A stretch of 64,000 nt of DNA. It comes from Chthoniobacteraceae bacterium. GTDB lineage: Bacteria; Verrucomicrobiota; Verrucomicrobiia; Chthoniobacterales; Chthoniobacteraceae. Of the stretch, positions 1 to 8,196 are shown piece by piece (position 1 is the first letter of the stretch; every line of letters begins with the position of its first letter). The notes under the pieces were generated by a model. The model saw nothing but the letters and a program-made list of their open reading frames with translations. It searched no databases and was not told the origin of the DNA. Location of the stretch: positions 32,001 through 96,000 of the forward strand of contig JBEBGD010000005.1 of NCBI GenBank assembly GCA_040081625.1. The letters run 5' to 3'. Position numbers and translations under genes: made by a program.

Positions 1-41
1 CGAGCCGCGCAGCTTTCACATCACCGAACCAAACCACGACC

Positions 42-1673
42 ATGCCCCGTCCCTCACGCCCACCACTTGATCGCGAGATCAGCACCCTCTTTTCCACCGA
101 CGACTCTCCCGAGTTGTTCGAGCAGCGCGTTGCTCTGTTCGAGACGCTCGTGACCCAGCATGGGCGCGAAGCGCTGCGCCACGTGCTCGCCGAGTCGAGC
201 CGGATCATGCGCACCGCCGGCGAAGCGCTCGACAAGCAGCACGCGATCATCAACAAGCTCACCGCGCGACCGCATCCGGTCGTGACCTTCCTCGGCTGGA
301 GCGCGGGCGGGCAGGCGGCGCGCGTGCTGCACCAGTCCGGCGAACGCGTCGTCGGGCTCGGCGAAGGCTTCATCGGCGACGGTCTCATGCCCGGCGATGC
401 GGTCGTGCTCGCCGAGGCGGGAAATGTGATCCTCGAGCGCTGCGAAGGCGCGGCGCGCGCGATCGAGCTCGCCGCATTCGAGCGCTCGCTGCCCGACGGC
501 ACGCTGCTCGTGCGGCATCGCGACGAGCACATCGGGCTGCGTCCGCTTGGCGATTTCGCGCCGAAGTCCGGCGATGAAGTGCGCTTTGACCGGCAGAGCG
601 GCTACGCCTTTTCGATCGTGCCCGGCGAGGGGCGTCCGAAGTGGCTGCGCGAGGAGCCGCCGCTGGTCCTGCGTGACGCGATCGGCGGGCTCGACGAGTC
701 GCTCGACCTGATCATGGACACGCTGAGCGCGACGCTCACCGAACCGGATCGCGCCGAGCGCTACGGGCTCGGCGGGCACCGCTGCATCCTGCTCCACGGC
801 CCGCCAGGAGTGGGCAAGACGCTCTCGGTGCGCTGGGCCGTCTCGGAGCTTTCGAGCATCAGCGGCAAGCGGCTGCGCTACATGTCCATCAAGCCGGCGG
901 AGTTTCTCTCGAAGTGGGTCGGCGAAACCGAGGCGAACATCCGGCACGCGTTTGGCGAGCTGCGCGCCGCGGCGCGCGAGGACGGATTTGTCGTCGCGTA
1001 TTTCGATGAGATCGAGTCGATCGCGCGCATTCGTGGCGGCTCGCTCGCGCTGCATAGCGACTCGGCGCTCGCCGCGCTGCTCGCGGAAATGGATGGCTTT
1101 GTGAAGCTCGGCAATGTCGCGCTGGTCTTCAGCACGAACCGCAAGGACCTGCTCGATCCCGCGGCGCTCGAGAGGATGAGTTCGATCGACATCCGCGTGC
1201 CGCGGCCAAACCAGCGCGCGGCCCGCCAGATCCTCGGCGTGCATCTCGGCGCGGACTATCCGTTCAGCCCGAACGGGTCCGATGCGCCCGCGACGCGCGA
1301 GCGGATCATCGACGCCGCTGTCTCGCGGCTCTACAGCCCGAACGCCGACAACGCGGTCTGCCGCCTGCGCTTCCGCGACGGCAAGGATCGCGTCATCGTC
1401 GCGCGCGAACTCATCAGCGGCCGGCTGATCCAGCAGCTCAGCCAGGATGCGCGCCAGCGCGCGTTTCGGCGCGAACGCAAGGCCGGCGAATCGGGCGTGC
1501 GGCTCGACGACATCGAGGCCGCCGCAGAGGCCACGCTCGAGCGGATGCGCACGACGCTCTCGATCCAGAATGCGCACATGTATCTCGACGACCTGCCGCA
1601 GGATCTGCCGGTCGTCGCCGTCGAGGCGCTCGGCCGCCGCGTGCGTCAACCCCATCGCTACCTGAACCCGTGA
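42..1673 (+). CDS. arc: ARC/Mpa-type proteasome-associated AAA+ ATPase
   Basis: Walker A GPPGVGKT, pore loop SKWVGETE, Walker B YFDEIES, TNRKDLLDPA. N-terminal coiled coil/OB-like region. C-terminal block 'RLYSPNADN...LRFRDG...ELISG' resembles ARC. Next to Dop/PafA-like genes. Confidence 0.8.
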   Translation: MPRPSRPPLDREISTLFSTDDSPELFEQRVALFETLVTQHGREALRHVLAESSRIMRTAGEALDKQHAIINKLTARPHPVVTFLGWSAGGQAARVLHQSGERVVGLGEGFIGDGLMPGDAVVLAEAGNVILERCEGAARAIELAAFERSLPDGTLLVRHRDEHIGLRPLGDFAPKSGDEVRFDRQSGYAFSIVPGEGRPKWLREEPPLVLRDAIGGLDESLDLIMDTLSATLTEPDRAERYGLGGHRCILLHGPPGVGKTLSVRWAVSELSSISGKRLRYMSIKPAEFLSKWVGETEANIRHAFGELRAAAREDGFVVAYFDEIESIARIRGGSLALHSDSALAALLAEMDGFVKLGNVALVFSTNRKDLLDPAALERMSSIDIRVPRPNQRAARQILGVHLGADYPFSPNGSDAPATRERIIDAAVSRLYSPNADNAVCRLRFRDGKDRVIVARELISGRLIQQLSQDARQRAFRRERKAGESGVRLDDIEAAAEATLERMRTTLSIQNAHMYLDDLPQDLPVVAVEALGRRVRQPHRYLNP

Positions 1674-3244
1674 AAGCTGCCATGCACACCCACAAGATCA
1701 TCGGCGAGGACGAGGAACTCGGCGGCTCCATCATCGGCGGCGGCAACGGCTTCAGCGGCGACGAAGCCACGCGCCTCACGCTGCGCGCGGTCGGCGGCCT
1801 TCCGCTCATGGACGACGAGCCGAAACTCTACGTGCGCGGGGACGGTTCGGTGCGCGCTGCGACGACGAGCCTCTACGACTGCCATCGCAACTACCTGCCC
1901 AATGGCGGCTGCCTATACCAGGATTGTATGCACGTCGAGTTGGCGACCGCCGAGCTCCGCAGCGCGCGCGATTACGTGGCGGCGCATCACGCGATGTTCC
2001 TCGTCGCGCGCGACGCGGCGCAGCGCGCGAGCGAGGGGCTGATCGATGGCCAGCGCATCGAACTGGTCGCGCGCAACAGCGACGGCTTCGGCAATTCCTA
2101 CGCCTCGCACTTCAACCTGATGATCACGCGCCGCGCGTGGCTCGATGTCACCACTCGGCTCGACGCGCTGAGCTGGTTTGCGTCCGCGCAAGTGTCCATG
2201 CCGATCTTCACGGGGCAGGGGAAGGTCGGCGCGGAGAACGGCGCGCCCGCGTGCCGGTATCAGCTCTCGCAGCGCGCGGATTTTTTCGAGAGCATCCTCG
2301 GCTTCCAGACCACCGAGCGCCGCCCACTGGTGAACACGCGCGACGAGTCGCACTGCGACGATCACGCGCGGATGCACATCATCTTCTTCGACGCGAACCT
2401 CTGCCACTTCGCGCTGTGGTTGAAGGCCGGCGTGATCTCGATCCTCGGCGCGATGCTCGAGGCGAAGCTCTGGCGCACCGGGCACATCCTCGCCGATCCC
2501 GTCGCCGCGGCGGTCGCGTGGAGCCACGATCCGACGCTCAAGACGCGCATCGCCACGCTGCGCGGACGCACGCTTACGGCGCTCGAGCATCAGCGGCTCA
2601 TCTGCGAAGCCGCGGCGAAGTTCGTCGAGTCGGGCGAGTGCGACGGGATCGTGCCGGAGGCGAAGGCGATCGTCGCCGCGTGGGAGGAGACGCTCACGCG
2701 CCTCGGCGCTGGAGACACGACGTGGCTCGCGCGCCGGCTCGACTGGGTTTTGAAACAGCAAATCCTCGAGGGCGCGCTCGCGGAAGATCCGGCGCTCTCA
2801 TGGGATTCGCCGGAGCTGCGCGTGCTCGATCATCGCTACGGCCTGCTCGACGACGGAATCTACTTCGCGTGCGAGAGCGCGAACCTCGTCGAACGGATCG
2901 CCACGCCGGCGGACATCGAGCGCTTCGCCAGCCAGCCGCCGGCGGACACGCGTGCGTGGACTCGCGGCCGTCTGCTCGCGCTCGCGGCGGACACGCCGCA
3001 GGTCGTCGAGTCGGTGAACTGGGACCACATCGTCTTCCACTTCCGCTCGATCCACGACGGCCCGCGCCGCTGGCGGGCGACGTTCGACGACCCGCTCGCC
3101 TGCACCGCCGCCGACAGCCCGATCCGCGATGCGACCACGCTCATCGAGGCGCTCCGCGAGCTTCAAGGCGCGGGCCTGCTCAAGGCGGAGAAGCCGCGCT
3201 CACATTCCTATCCGCAGTCCTACGAAACCAACGAAACACCATGA
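1670..3244 (+). CDS. dop: Dop/PafA-family enzyme, Dop (deamidase/depupylase)-like; start GTG 1670 or ATG 1682
   Basis: GEDEELG, LPNGGCLYQD-H-E, NSDGFGNSYASH, GQGKVGAENG, QLSQRADFFE, RPLVNTRDESH, DTRAWTRG, NWD. The long insert after the first strand resembles the Dop loop. Confidence 0.75.
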   Translation: MKAAMHTHKIIGEDEELGGSIIGGGNGFSGDEATRLTLRAVGGLPLMDDEPKLYVRGDGSVRAATTSLYDCHRNYLPNGGCLYQDCMHVELATAELRSARDYVAAHHAMFLVARDAAQRASEGLIDGQRIELVARNSDGFGNSYASHFNLMITRRAWLDVTTRLDALSWFASAQVSMPIFTGQGKVGAENGAPACRYQLSQRADFFESILGFQTTERRPLVNTRDESHCDDHARMHIIFFDANLCHFALWLKAGVISILGAMLEAKLWRTGHILADPVAAAVAWSHDPTLKTRIATLRGRTLTALEHQRLICEAAAKFVESGECDGIVPEAKAIVAAWEETLTRLGAGDTTWLARRLDWVLKQQILEGALAEDPALSWDSPELRVLDHRYGLLDDGIYFACESANLVERIATPADIERFASQPPADTRAWTRGRLLALAADTPQVVESVNWDHIVFHFRSIHDGPRRWRATFDDPLACTAADSPIRDATTLIEALRELQGAGLLKAEKPRSHSYPQSYETNETP

Positions 3245-3441
3245 ACCAAAAACAAGCCATCCGTCCCCAAACCCACGCCACGCCTTCTTGCGGAGGCGAT
3301 GACGACGCCAACGCAAAGCTCGAAGCCGCCCGCGCAGAAGGTGCCAGCGTCTATTCCATCTCCAAGGCGCACCTGGAGAAGGCGAAGAAGATCGACAGCT
3401 CCGCGTATCTCGAGCAAGGCCGCCAGCGCTCCGGGCAATGA
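3241..3441 (+). CDS. Pup/UBact-like small protein modifier (66 aa, C-terminus RQRSGQ)
   Basis: ATG 3241 overlaps the dop stop (ATGA) and its own stop overlaps the next ATG. Sequence MNQKQAIRPQ...DSSAYLEQGRQRSGQ; R[S/T]G[Q/E] is the UBact signature. Hidden in the track as the tail of 1924..3441. Confidence 0.8.
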   Translation: MNQKQAIRPQTHATPSCGGDDDANAKLEAARAEGASVYSISKAHLEKAKKIDSSAYLEQGRQRSGQ

Positions 3442-3902
3442 GCGCCCCGTCACGCACCGTCATGGGCCACGAGATGGAGTATGCGGTGGTCGTGCTCGAC
3501 GCGCACGGCGACCGCATGGAGGACCGCGGCCTCGATCTGCTCGAAGTGCTCGCACCCTCGATCGCGCAGAGCCTGCCGTGGGAGGAACGCGGTTTCGCCA
3601 TGCTCAATGGCTCGCGCTTTTACCGCGATGCGGGCGGAAACTTCGCCCACCTCGAAATCGCGACCGCCGAGACGAGCAATCCCGCGGACCTGATCGCGCA
3701 GGTCGAGGCGGGGCACCGGTTCATTCTCCGCGTTGCCGGGGCGCTGAAGAAGAACCCGCTCGTCGGCTCGGTGACGGTCTCGTGCAACACGGTCGATTAC
3801 TCGTCGCAGCCCGCGACGTGCGGGTCGCACGAGAGCTATTTCGTGCCGGTCAGCGGCGCCGCGCGCACCGAGGTCGAAGACGAAGACGACATCCCATTCT
3901 AA
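3438..3902 (+). CDS. pafA: PafA-like ligase, N-terminal part (split gene)
   Basis: GHEMEY, LNGSRFYRD...HLEIATAE, NTVDY...TCGSHESY; ends EDEDDIPF-stop. Confidence 0.7.
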   Translation: MSAPSRTVMGHEMEYAVVVLDAHGDRMEDRGLDLLEVLAPSIAQSLPWEERGFAMLNGSRFYRDAGGNFAHLEIATAETSNPADLIAQVEAGHRFILRVAGALKKNPLVGSVTVSCNTVDYSSQPATCGSHESYFVPVSGAARTEVEDEDDIPF

Positions 3903-3914
3903 CCGCCACCCGCC

Positions 3915-6017
3915 ATGCAACCGATGGAACTCGCCCCCGCGGTCGTCCCGCACCTCGTCTCGCGCATCGTGCTGTGCGGAGGCGGCGGTCTCGATTCGCG
4001 CAGCTCCGGCATCGTCTTCATGATCTCACCGCGCGTGTCCTGGATCGAGCATCCGGTCGGCGGCGGCAACACGAGCGACCGGCCGATCTTCCACTCGCGC
4101 CACGAGCCGCACACGAACGGCGCGGGCATGCGCGTTCACCTCAACTGCGGCGACCGCAACATGAGCCACGCGTCGCTCGCGCTGCGCTTCGGCACCACGG
4201 CGCTCGTCGCGCTGCTCGCCGGGCGCGGACGCAAACCGCCGCGCGGCGCACGGCCCTTCATGGGGCTGCGGGCGATGCGCGCCTTTGCGCGCGATCCCGC
4301 GCTGGGCGTGGCGGCGCGCTGCTGCGATGGGCGGCGCCGCACCGCGGTGCAGATCAGCCGGCTCAACTGCCAGTGGGTCGAGCGTCATCTCGCCGAGCTG
4401 CCGGAGTGGGCGCCCGCCGTCGTGCAGCAATGGCGCGCCGTGCTCGACCTGCTCGCCAGCGGCGGCGCGCCGGCCGCGGGGCGGCTGCTCGACTGGGCGA
4501 TCCTGCACGGCATCTTCACCGACCTGCTCGCCGAGCGCGGCGTGAGCCTGGCTGAAGTGCGGCGCATGAACCGAAAGCTCGCGCTCGTCGAACGGCGCAT
4601 GCCGGTGAGCGAGGACGGGCAGTTCGCCGAGAAGATCCTCGGCGTGCAGGATCTCCGCCGCACCGCCGTGCGCGCGGCGTTCCAGCAGGCCGGGATCGAT
4701 CTCACGGAAGTCGGGCAGTTCTTCCGCCTGCGCGCCGAACTCGCCGAGATCTTCACGCGCTACGGCGAGATCGGGGAGGACGGATTGTTTCACCAACTCG
4801 ATGGCGTCTTGCGGCACCGGCTTCCGGAGGTCGATGACGCGGCGGTCGCCCACGCCGACTTGCATCCGCCCGCCGACACGCGCGCGAAATACCGCGGCCA
4901 CCTCGTGCGCGAACTCGGCGGCTCCGAGGCGGGAAAGCGCATGATGGTGAACTGGAGCCGCGTCACCGACTGCACGCGCAACCGCCGGCTCGACCTGCCC
5001 GACCCCTTCATCGCCGATGCGAAGTGGATCGACCTGCCCGACCCCGAGCGCCCGCGCCGGCGCATCGTGGCCGACTTGTTCAATCCGCCCGACGCCCTCA
5101 CCCGCATCGTCGCCGAGCAGTTGAACGAAGTGCGCGAACTCTACGATCGCGGGCGGATGGATGAAGCCGCGATGGTGCTCGATACCATCCGCTCGATGAT
5201 CGGGCGACTGCCCGGCGTCGGCGCGATCGGCGACTTCCACCTCTGGGATGCGCGCGTTCACGCGCGGCTCGCGAGCGGCGACGCCCTCGAGCGCCTGGAG
5301 CGGCATTACGGCGACGCGCAGGTGGACTTCTCGCAAGTCGTCGATCGCGTCTGCATCCTCCGGTTCACCGGCCTCACGCCGCCGGCCCGCATCGAGTCGC
5401 AGATCATGGTCGGGAAAGCGCTGGCCGCGTTGCAACCCGAACTGGGCGCCGGGGACCAGTCGTTCCTCGATCACGCCGGCTACACGCAACTGCGCCGCGG
5501 CCAGTTCGCCGAGGCGCTCGCGACGCTCGAGCGCGCGGTGGCCCTCGCCCCGCGGGAGGCGCGGATCGAAGCCCGCACCCACGCGGACCTCGCCGACGCC
5601 TTGCGCGCCATCGGGCGGCACGACGAGGCTGCATCGCACCTCCAGGCCGCCGAGCAACTCCAGCTCAATCACCGCCTGCTCGGCGAGCACGCGGAGATGA
5701 CGTGCATCGTGCGCGGGCGGCTCGCGGCGTGCGCCGGCGCGAGGCGCGAGGCGATCGTCTGGCTCAAGCGCGCGTCGGGGATGCTCACGCCCGAGCGCGC
5801 TCCCGCGCCGTTCGTGCGCGTGCATCTGCTCCGCGCGCGGCTCCCCGGCGGCGCCGCGCTCGGCGCCACGCGGCGCGCGGTCGAGGAAGTCCGCGCCGCC
5901 CGCCCCGCGCTCGCCGCGTGCCCGCTGCTCGCGCAGGTGCTCGAGCACTGGGTCGCGTGGACCACCGGCGAGCCATCGCCGGGCGGGCATCCGGACAAGA
6001 TGTTCTGGGGCGTATGA
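3915..6017 (+). CDS. pafA: PafA-like ligase, C-terminal part fused to TPR-like repeats
   Basis: VPHLVSR, ISPR, RPIFHSRHEPH, RVHLNCGDRNMS, LDWA, DTRAKYRG, NWS, DPF, then helical repeats (GQFAEALATLERAVAL, GRHDEAASHLQAA). Same frame as 3438..3902. Confidence 0.7.
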   Translation: MQPMELAPAVVPHLVSRIVLCGGGGLDSRSSGIVFMISPRVSWIEHPVGGGNTSDRPIFHSRHEPHTNGAGMRVHLNCGDRNMSHASLALRFGTTALVALLAGRGRKPPRGARPFMGLRAMRAFARDPALGVAARCCDGRRRTAVQISRLNCQWVERHLAELPEWAPAVVQQWRAVLDLLASGGAPAAGRLLDWAILHGIFTDLLAERGVSLAEVRRMNRKLALVERRMPVSEDGQFAEKILGVQDLRRTAVRAAFQQAGIDLTEVGQFFRLRAELAEIFTRYGEIGEDGLFHQLDGVLRHRLPEVDDAAVAHADLHPPADTRAKYRGHLVRELGGSEAGKRMMVNWSRVTDCTRNRRLDLPDPFIADAKWIDLPDPERPRRRIVADLFNPPDALTRIVAEQLNEVRELYDRGRMDEAAMVLDTIRSMIGRLPGVGAIGDFHLWDARVHARLASGDALERLERHYGDAQVDFSQVVDRVCILRFTGLTPPARIESQIMVGKALAALQPELGAGDQSFLDHAGYTQLRRGQFAEALATLERAVALAPREARIEARTHADLADALRAIGRHDEAASHLQAAEQLQLNHRLLGEHAEMTCIVRGRLAACAGARREAIVWLKRASGMLTPERAPAPFVRVHLLRARLPGGAALGATRRAVEEVRAARPALAACPLLAQVLEHWVAWTTGEPSPGGHPDKMFWGV

Positions 6018-6496
6018 GAGCGCGCAGCAATCCCACGCTCATCGCCCGCCTGCTGTGTCTGTGCCGGCGGCTCGCCGACGCGCGGACGACGGAAGCGGCG
6101 CCGCGCGAGTTCGCGGACAGTGCCGCCCGGTGGGTCGTCGCGTGCTCGGGGCGCGATCCGGCGACGGGGGCGCGCTTCGATGTGCGCGTGGTGCTGTGCG
6201 CGAATGGCGACGCGACGATCGTGACGCGCGGTGCAGGGCGGGTGGCGCTGCCGGAGTCGGCGGCGCAAGCCCTGTGGGCGCTGCTGCTCCACTTCCCGCA
6301 CGGCTTCGCGGACATGACTGCGCGCGGCGCGCGGCGCCGGCTGCGCTGCCGCCTCGAGGTGCATCGCCGCCTTCCGCACCATGAAGTCGTCCGCGCCCGG
6401 TGCGACCTCGCGGAGTTCGACCCGTCCGCGCGTTCGCCGCTGGCCACGGCGCGCCTCGCGTCGCTGCTGCTGCGGCTTGCAGCGCCGGTGAACTGA
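6014..6496 (+). CDS. Hypothetical protein (160 aa)
   Basis: ATG 6014 overlaps the pafA-C stop (ATGA); fills the gap to the next gene; no recognised motif. Confidence 0.45.
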   Translation: MRARSNPTLIARLLCLCRRLADARTTEAAPREFADSAARWVVACSGRDPATGARFDVRVVLCANGDATIVTRGAGRVALPESAAQALWALLLHFPHGFADMTARGARRRLRCRLEVHRRLPHHEVVRARCDLAEFDPSARSPLATARLASLLLRLAAPVN

Positions 6497-6535
6497 GCAT
6501 TGCCACGACGGCGGCCCGCCCGCTACACGACGGCG

Positions 6536-7942
6536 GTGCAACTCCGCCTCTCCGACCTCTGGCGCTGGGATGGCGCGATCGATCGCGGGCCGTATCTGCT
6601 GCTGGGCTGCGTGCTCTTCGCGGTGAAATACAACGTCGATCGTGCGATCACGCTCGCCATCACCGGGCGCGCGTGGGGGTTCGTCGATCTCGCGGGATTC
6701 GCCGACTACGTGCTGCGCCGCGCGGACTACGCCGCGAACCCAAAGCTCGCGACGGCACTTCTGCTCAGCTCGCTGCCCTTTCTGTGGACGGGGCTCGTGC
6801 TGAGCATCCGCCGGCTTCGCTCGGCCGGGCTGCCGCGCTGGCTTGCGGCGCTCTACTTTGTGCCGTTTGTGAAGCTCGTGCTCTTCGCGATGCTCGCGCT
6901 CATCCCGCGCGCGGCGGTGCGGACTGTGGAGAAGGCGCGCGTGCATTCGCCGTTCGAGCGCTTCGTCAATGTTTGGCTGCCTCACAGCGCGCTCGGGAGC
7001 GCGTTCGTCGCCGCGCTGAATGTCGCGGTGACCGGCGGAGTGCTCGCGTATTTCGGGACGACGTGGCTGCGCAGCTACCAGTGGGCGGTGTTCGTGGGTG
7101 TGCCGTTCGGGATGGGGTTCCTCGCGGCCGGGCTTCACTGCTACCGCGAGAAGCGCACGATCCGCGCCTGCCTCGGTGTCGCCGCGCTCAGCGTCACGCT
7201 GCTCGGTGCCGGGTTCCTCGTCTTCGCGGTGGAAGGCATCATCTGCCTCGTGATGGCGGCGCCGCTGGCGCTCGTGCTCGCTTCGCTGGGAGCCATGCTC
7301 GCCTACGGCCTTCAGCGCGCGCTCTGGCAGGATGCGTCGAGCGACCGCGTGTTTTGCGTCGCGCTATTATGTGCGCCGGTGCTCGCGCTGATCGAACACC
7401 ACGACCCGCCGTCGGTGCCGCTGCTGCGAGTCACGACACCGATCGAGATCGCCGCGCCGCCGGAGATCGTCTGGCGGCACGTCGTCTCCTTCGCCGATCT
7501 GCCGCCGCCGACCGAGTTCATGTTTCGACACGGCATCGCCTACCCGGTGCGTGCGCGGATCGAGGGGCGTGGCGTCGGCGCGATCCGGTATTGCGAGTTC
7601 AGCACCGGCGCGTTCGTCGAACCGATCGAGGTGTGGGATGAGCCGCGGCTGTTGAAGTTCTCGGTGTCCGAGAATCCCGCGCCGATGGAGGAATGGACGC
7701 CGTTTCGCAGCGTCGAACCGCCGCACCTGCACGGTTACTTCTGTTCGCAACGCGGGCAGTTTCGACTGGTCGTGCGCGCCGACGGCGGCACGACGCTCGA
7801 GGGCACGACCTGGTATCATCACCACATGTGGCCGTCGGCTTACTGGCAGGCGATGAGCGACGTGGTGCTGCACCGGATCCATGCGCGGGTGCTGCGGCAT
7901 GTCCGCGCGCTCGCGGAAGCCGACGCGGCTACCAATCGCTGA
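6536..7942 (+). CDS. Membrane protein, DUF805-like N-terminus plus SRPBCC/polyketide-cyclase-like C-terminal domain
   Basis: W-G-IDRG-Y and SIRRLRSAG (DUF805-like), several TM helices, IAAPPEIVW, then GIAYP...GVGA.RYCEFSTG. Start GTG 6536 is my choice; the track starts at 6500. Confidence 0.7.
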   Translation: MQLRLSDLWRWDGAIDRGPYLLLGCVLFAVKYNVDRAITLAITGRAWGFVDLAGFADYVLRRADYAANPKLATALLLSSLPFLWTGLVLSIRRLRSAGLPRWLAALYFVPFVKLVLFAMLALIPRAAVRTVEKARVHSPFERFVNVWLPHSALGSAFVAALNVAVTGGVLAYFGTTWLRSYQWAVFVGVPFGMGFLAAGLHCYREKRTIRACLGVAALSVTLLGAGFLVFAVEGIICLVMAAPLALVLASLGAMLAYGLQRALWQDASSDRVFCVALLCAPVLALIEHHDPPSVPLLRVTTPIEIAAPPEIVWRHVVSFADLPPPTEFMFRHGIAYPVRARIEGRGVGAIRYCEFSTGAFVEPIEVWDEPRLLKFSVSENPAPMEEWTPFRSVEPPHLHGYFCSQRGQFRLVVRADGGTTLEGTTWYHHHMWPSAYWQAMSDVVLHRIHARVLRHVRALAEADAATNR

Positions 7943-8051
7943 ACACCGTGCGCGTCCCTACGGCCCCGGCGGTGGGGGCGGCTCGGGCGCGGCGGGGCGG
8001 TCGTCGAGCAGGCTCGGCCGAAAGTCATCCCGCCGCGCGGGTCAATCAAAG

Positions 8052-8074
8052 AATGTAATGGAAACCTTTACATT
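8052..8074. promoter_or_regulatory. Palindrome AATGTAA-N9-TTACATT upstream of the Kelch gene
   Basis: Perfect 7-bp inverted repeat in an AT-rich intergenic patch. Confidence 0.35.
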
Positions 8075-8196
8075 TATCTTGATCGCGGCGCGCGCGTGCG
8101 CTGGAGTGTGCGCACACGTGACTTGGCGTATGGCACTACGGGAGGCTAGGCGAGACGGGGATTCCTGCGGCTCTCAACCATTCCACACCACCTGCC

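Noticed and set aside
1924..3240. 505-aa ORF 1924..3441 as a real long gene
   Set aside because: Arg-rich off-frame shadow of dop; only the last 66 codons from ATG 3241 look coding.
7958..8042. Minus-strand fragment reading PARRDDFRPSLLDDRPAAPEPPPPPGP-stop
   Set aside because: Could be a gene remnant but has no start or identifiable homology.
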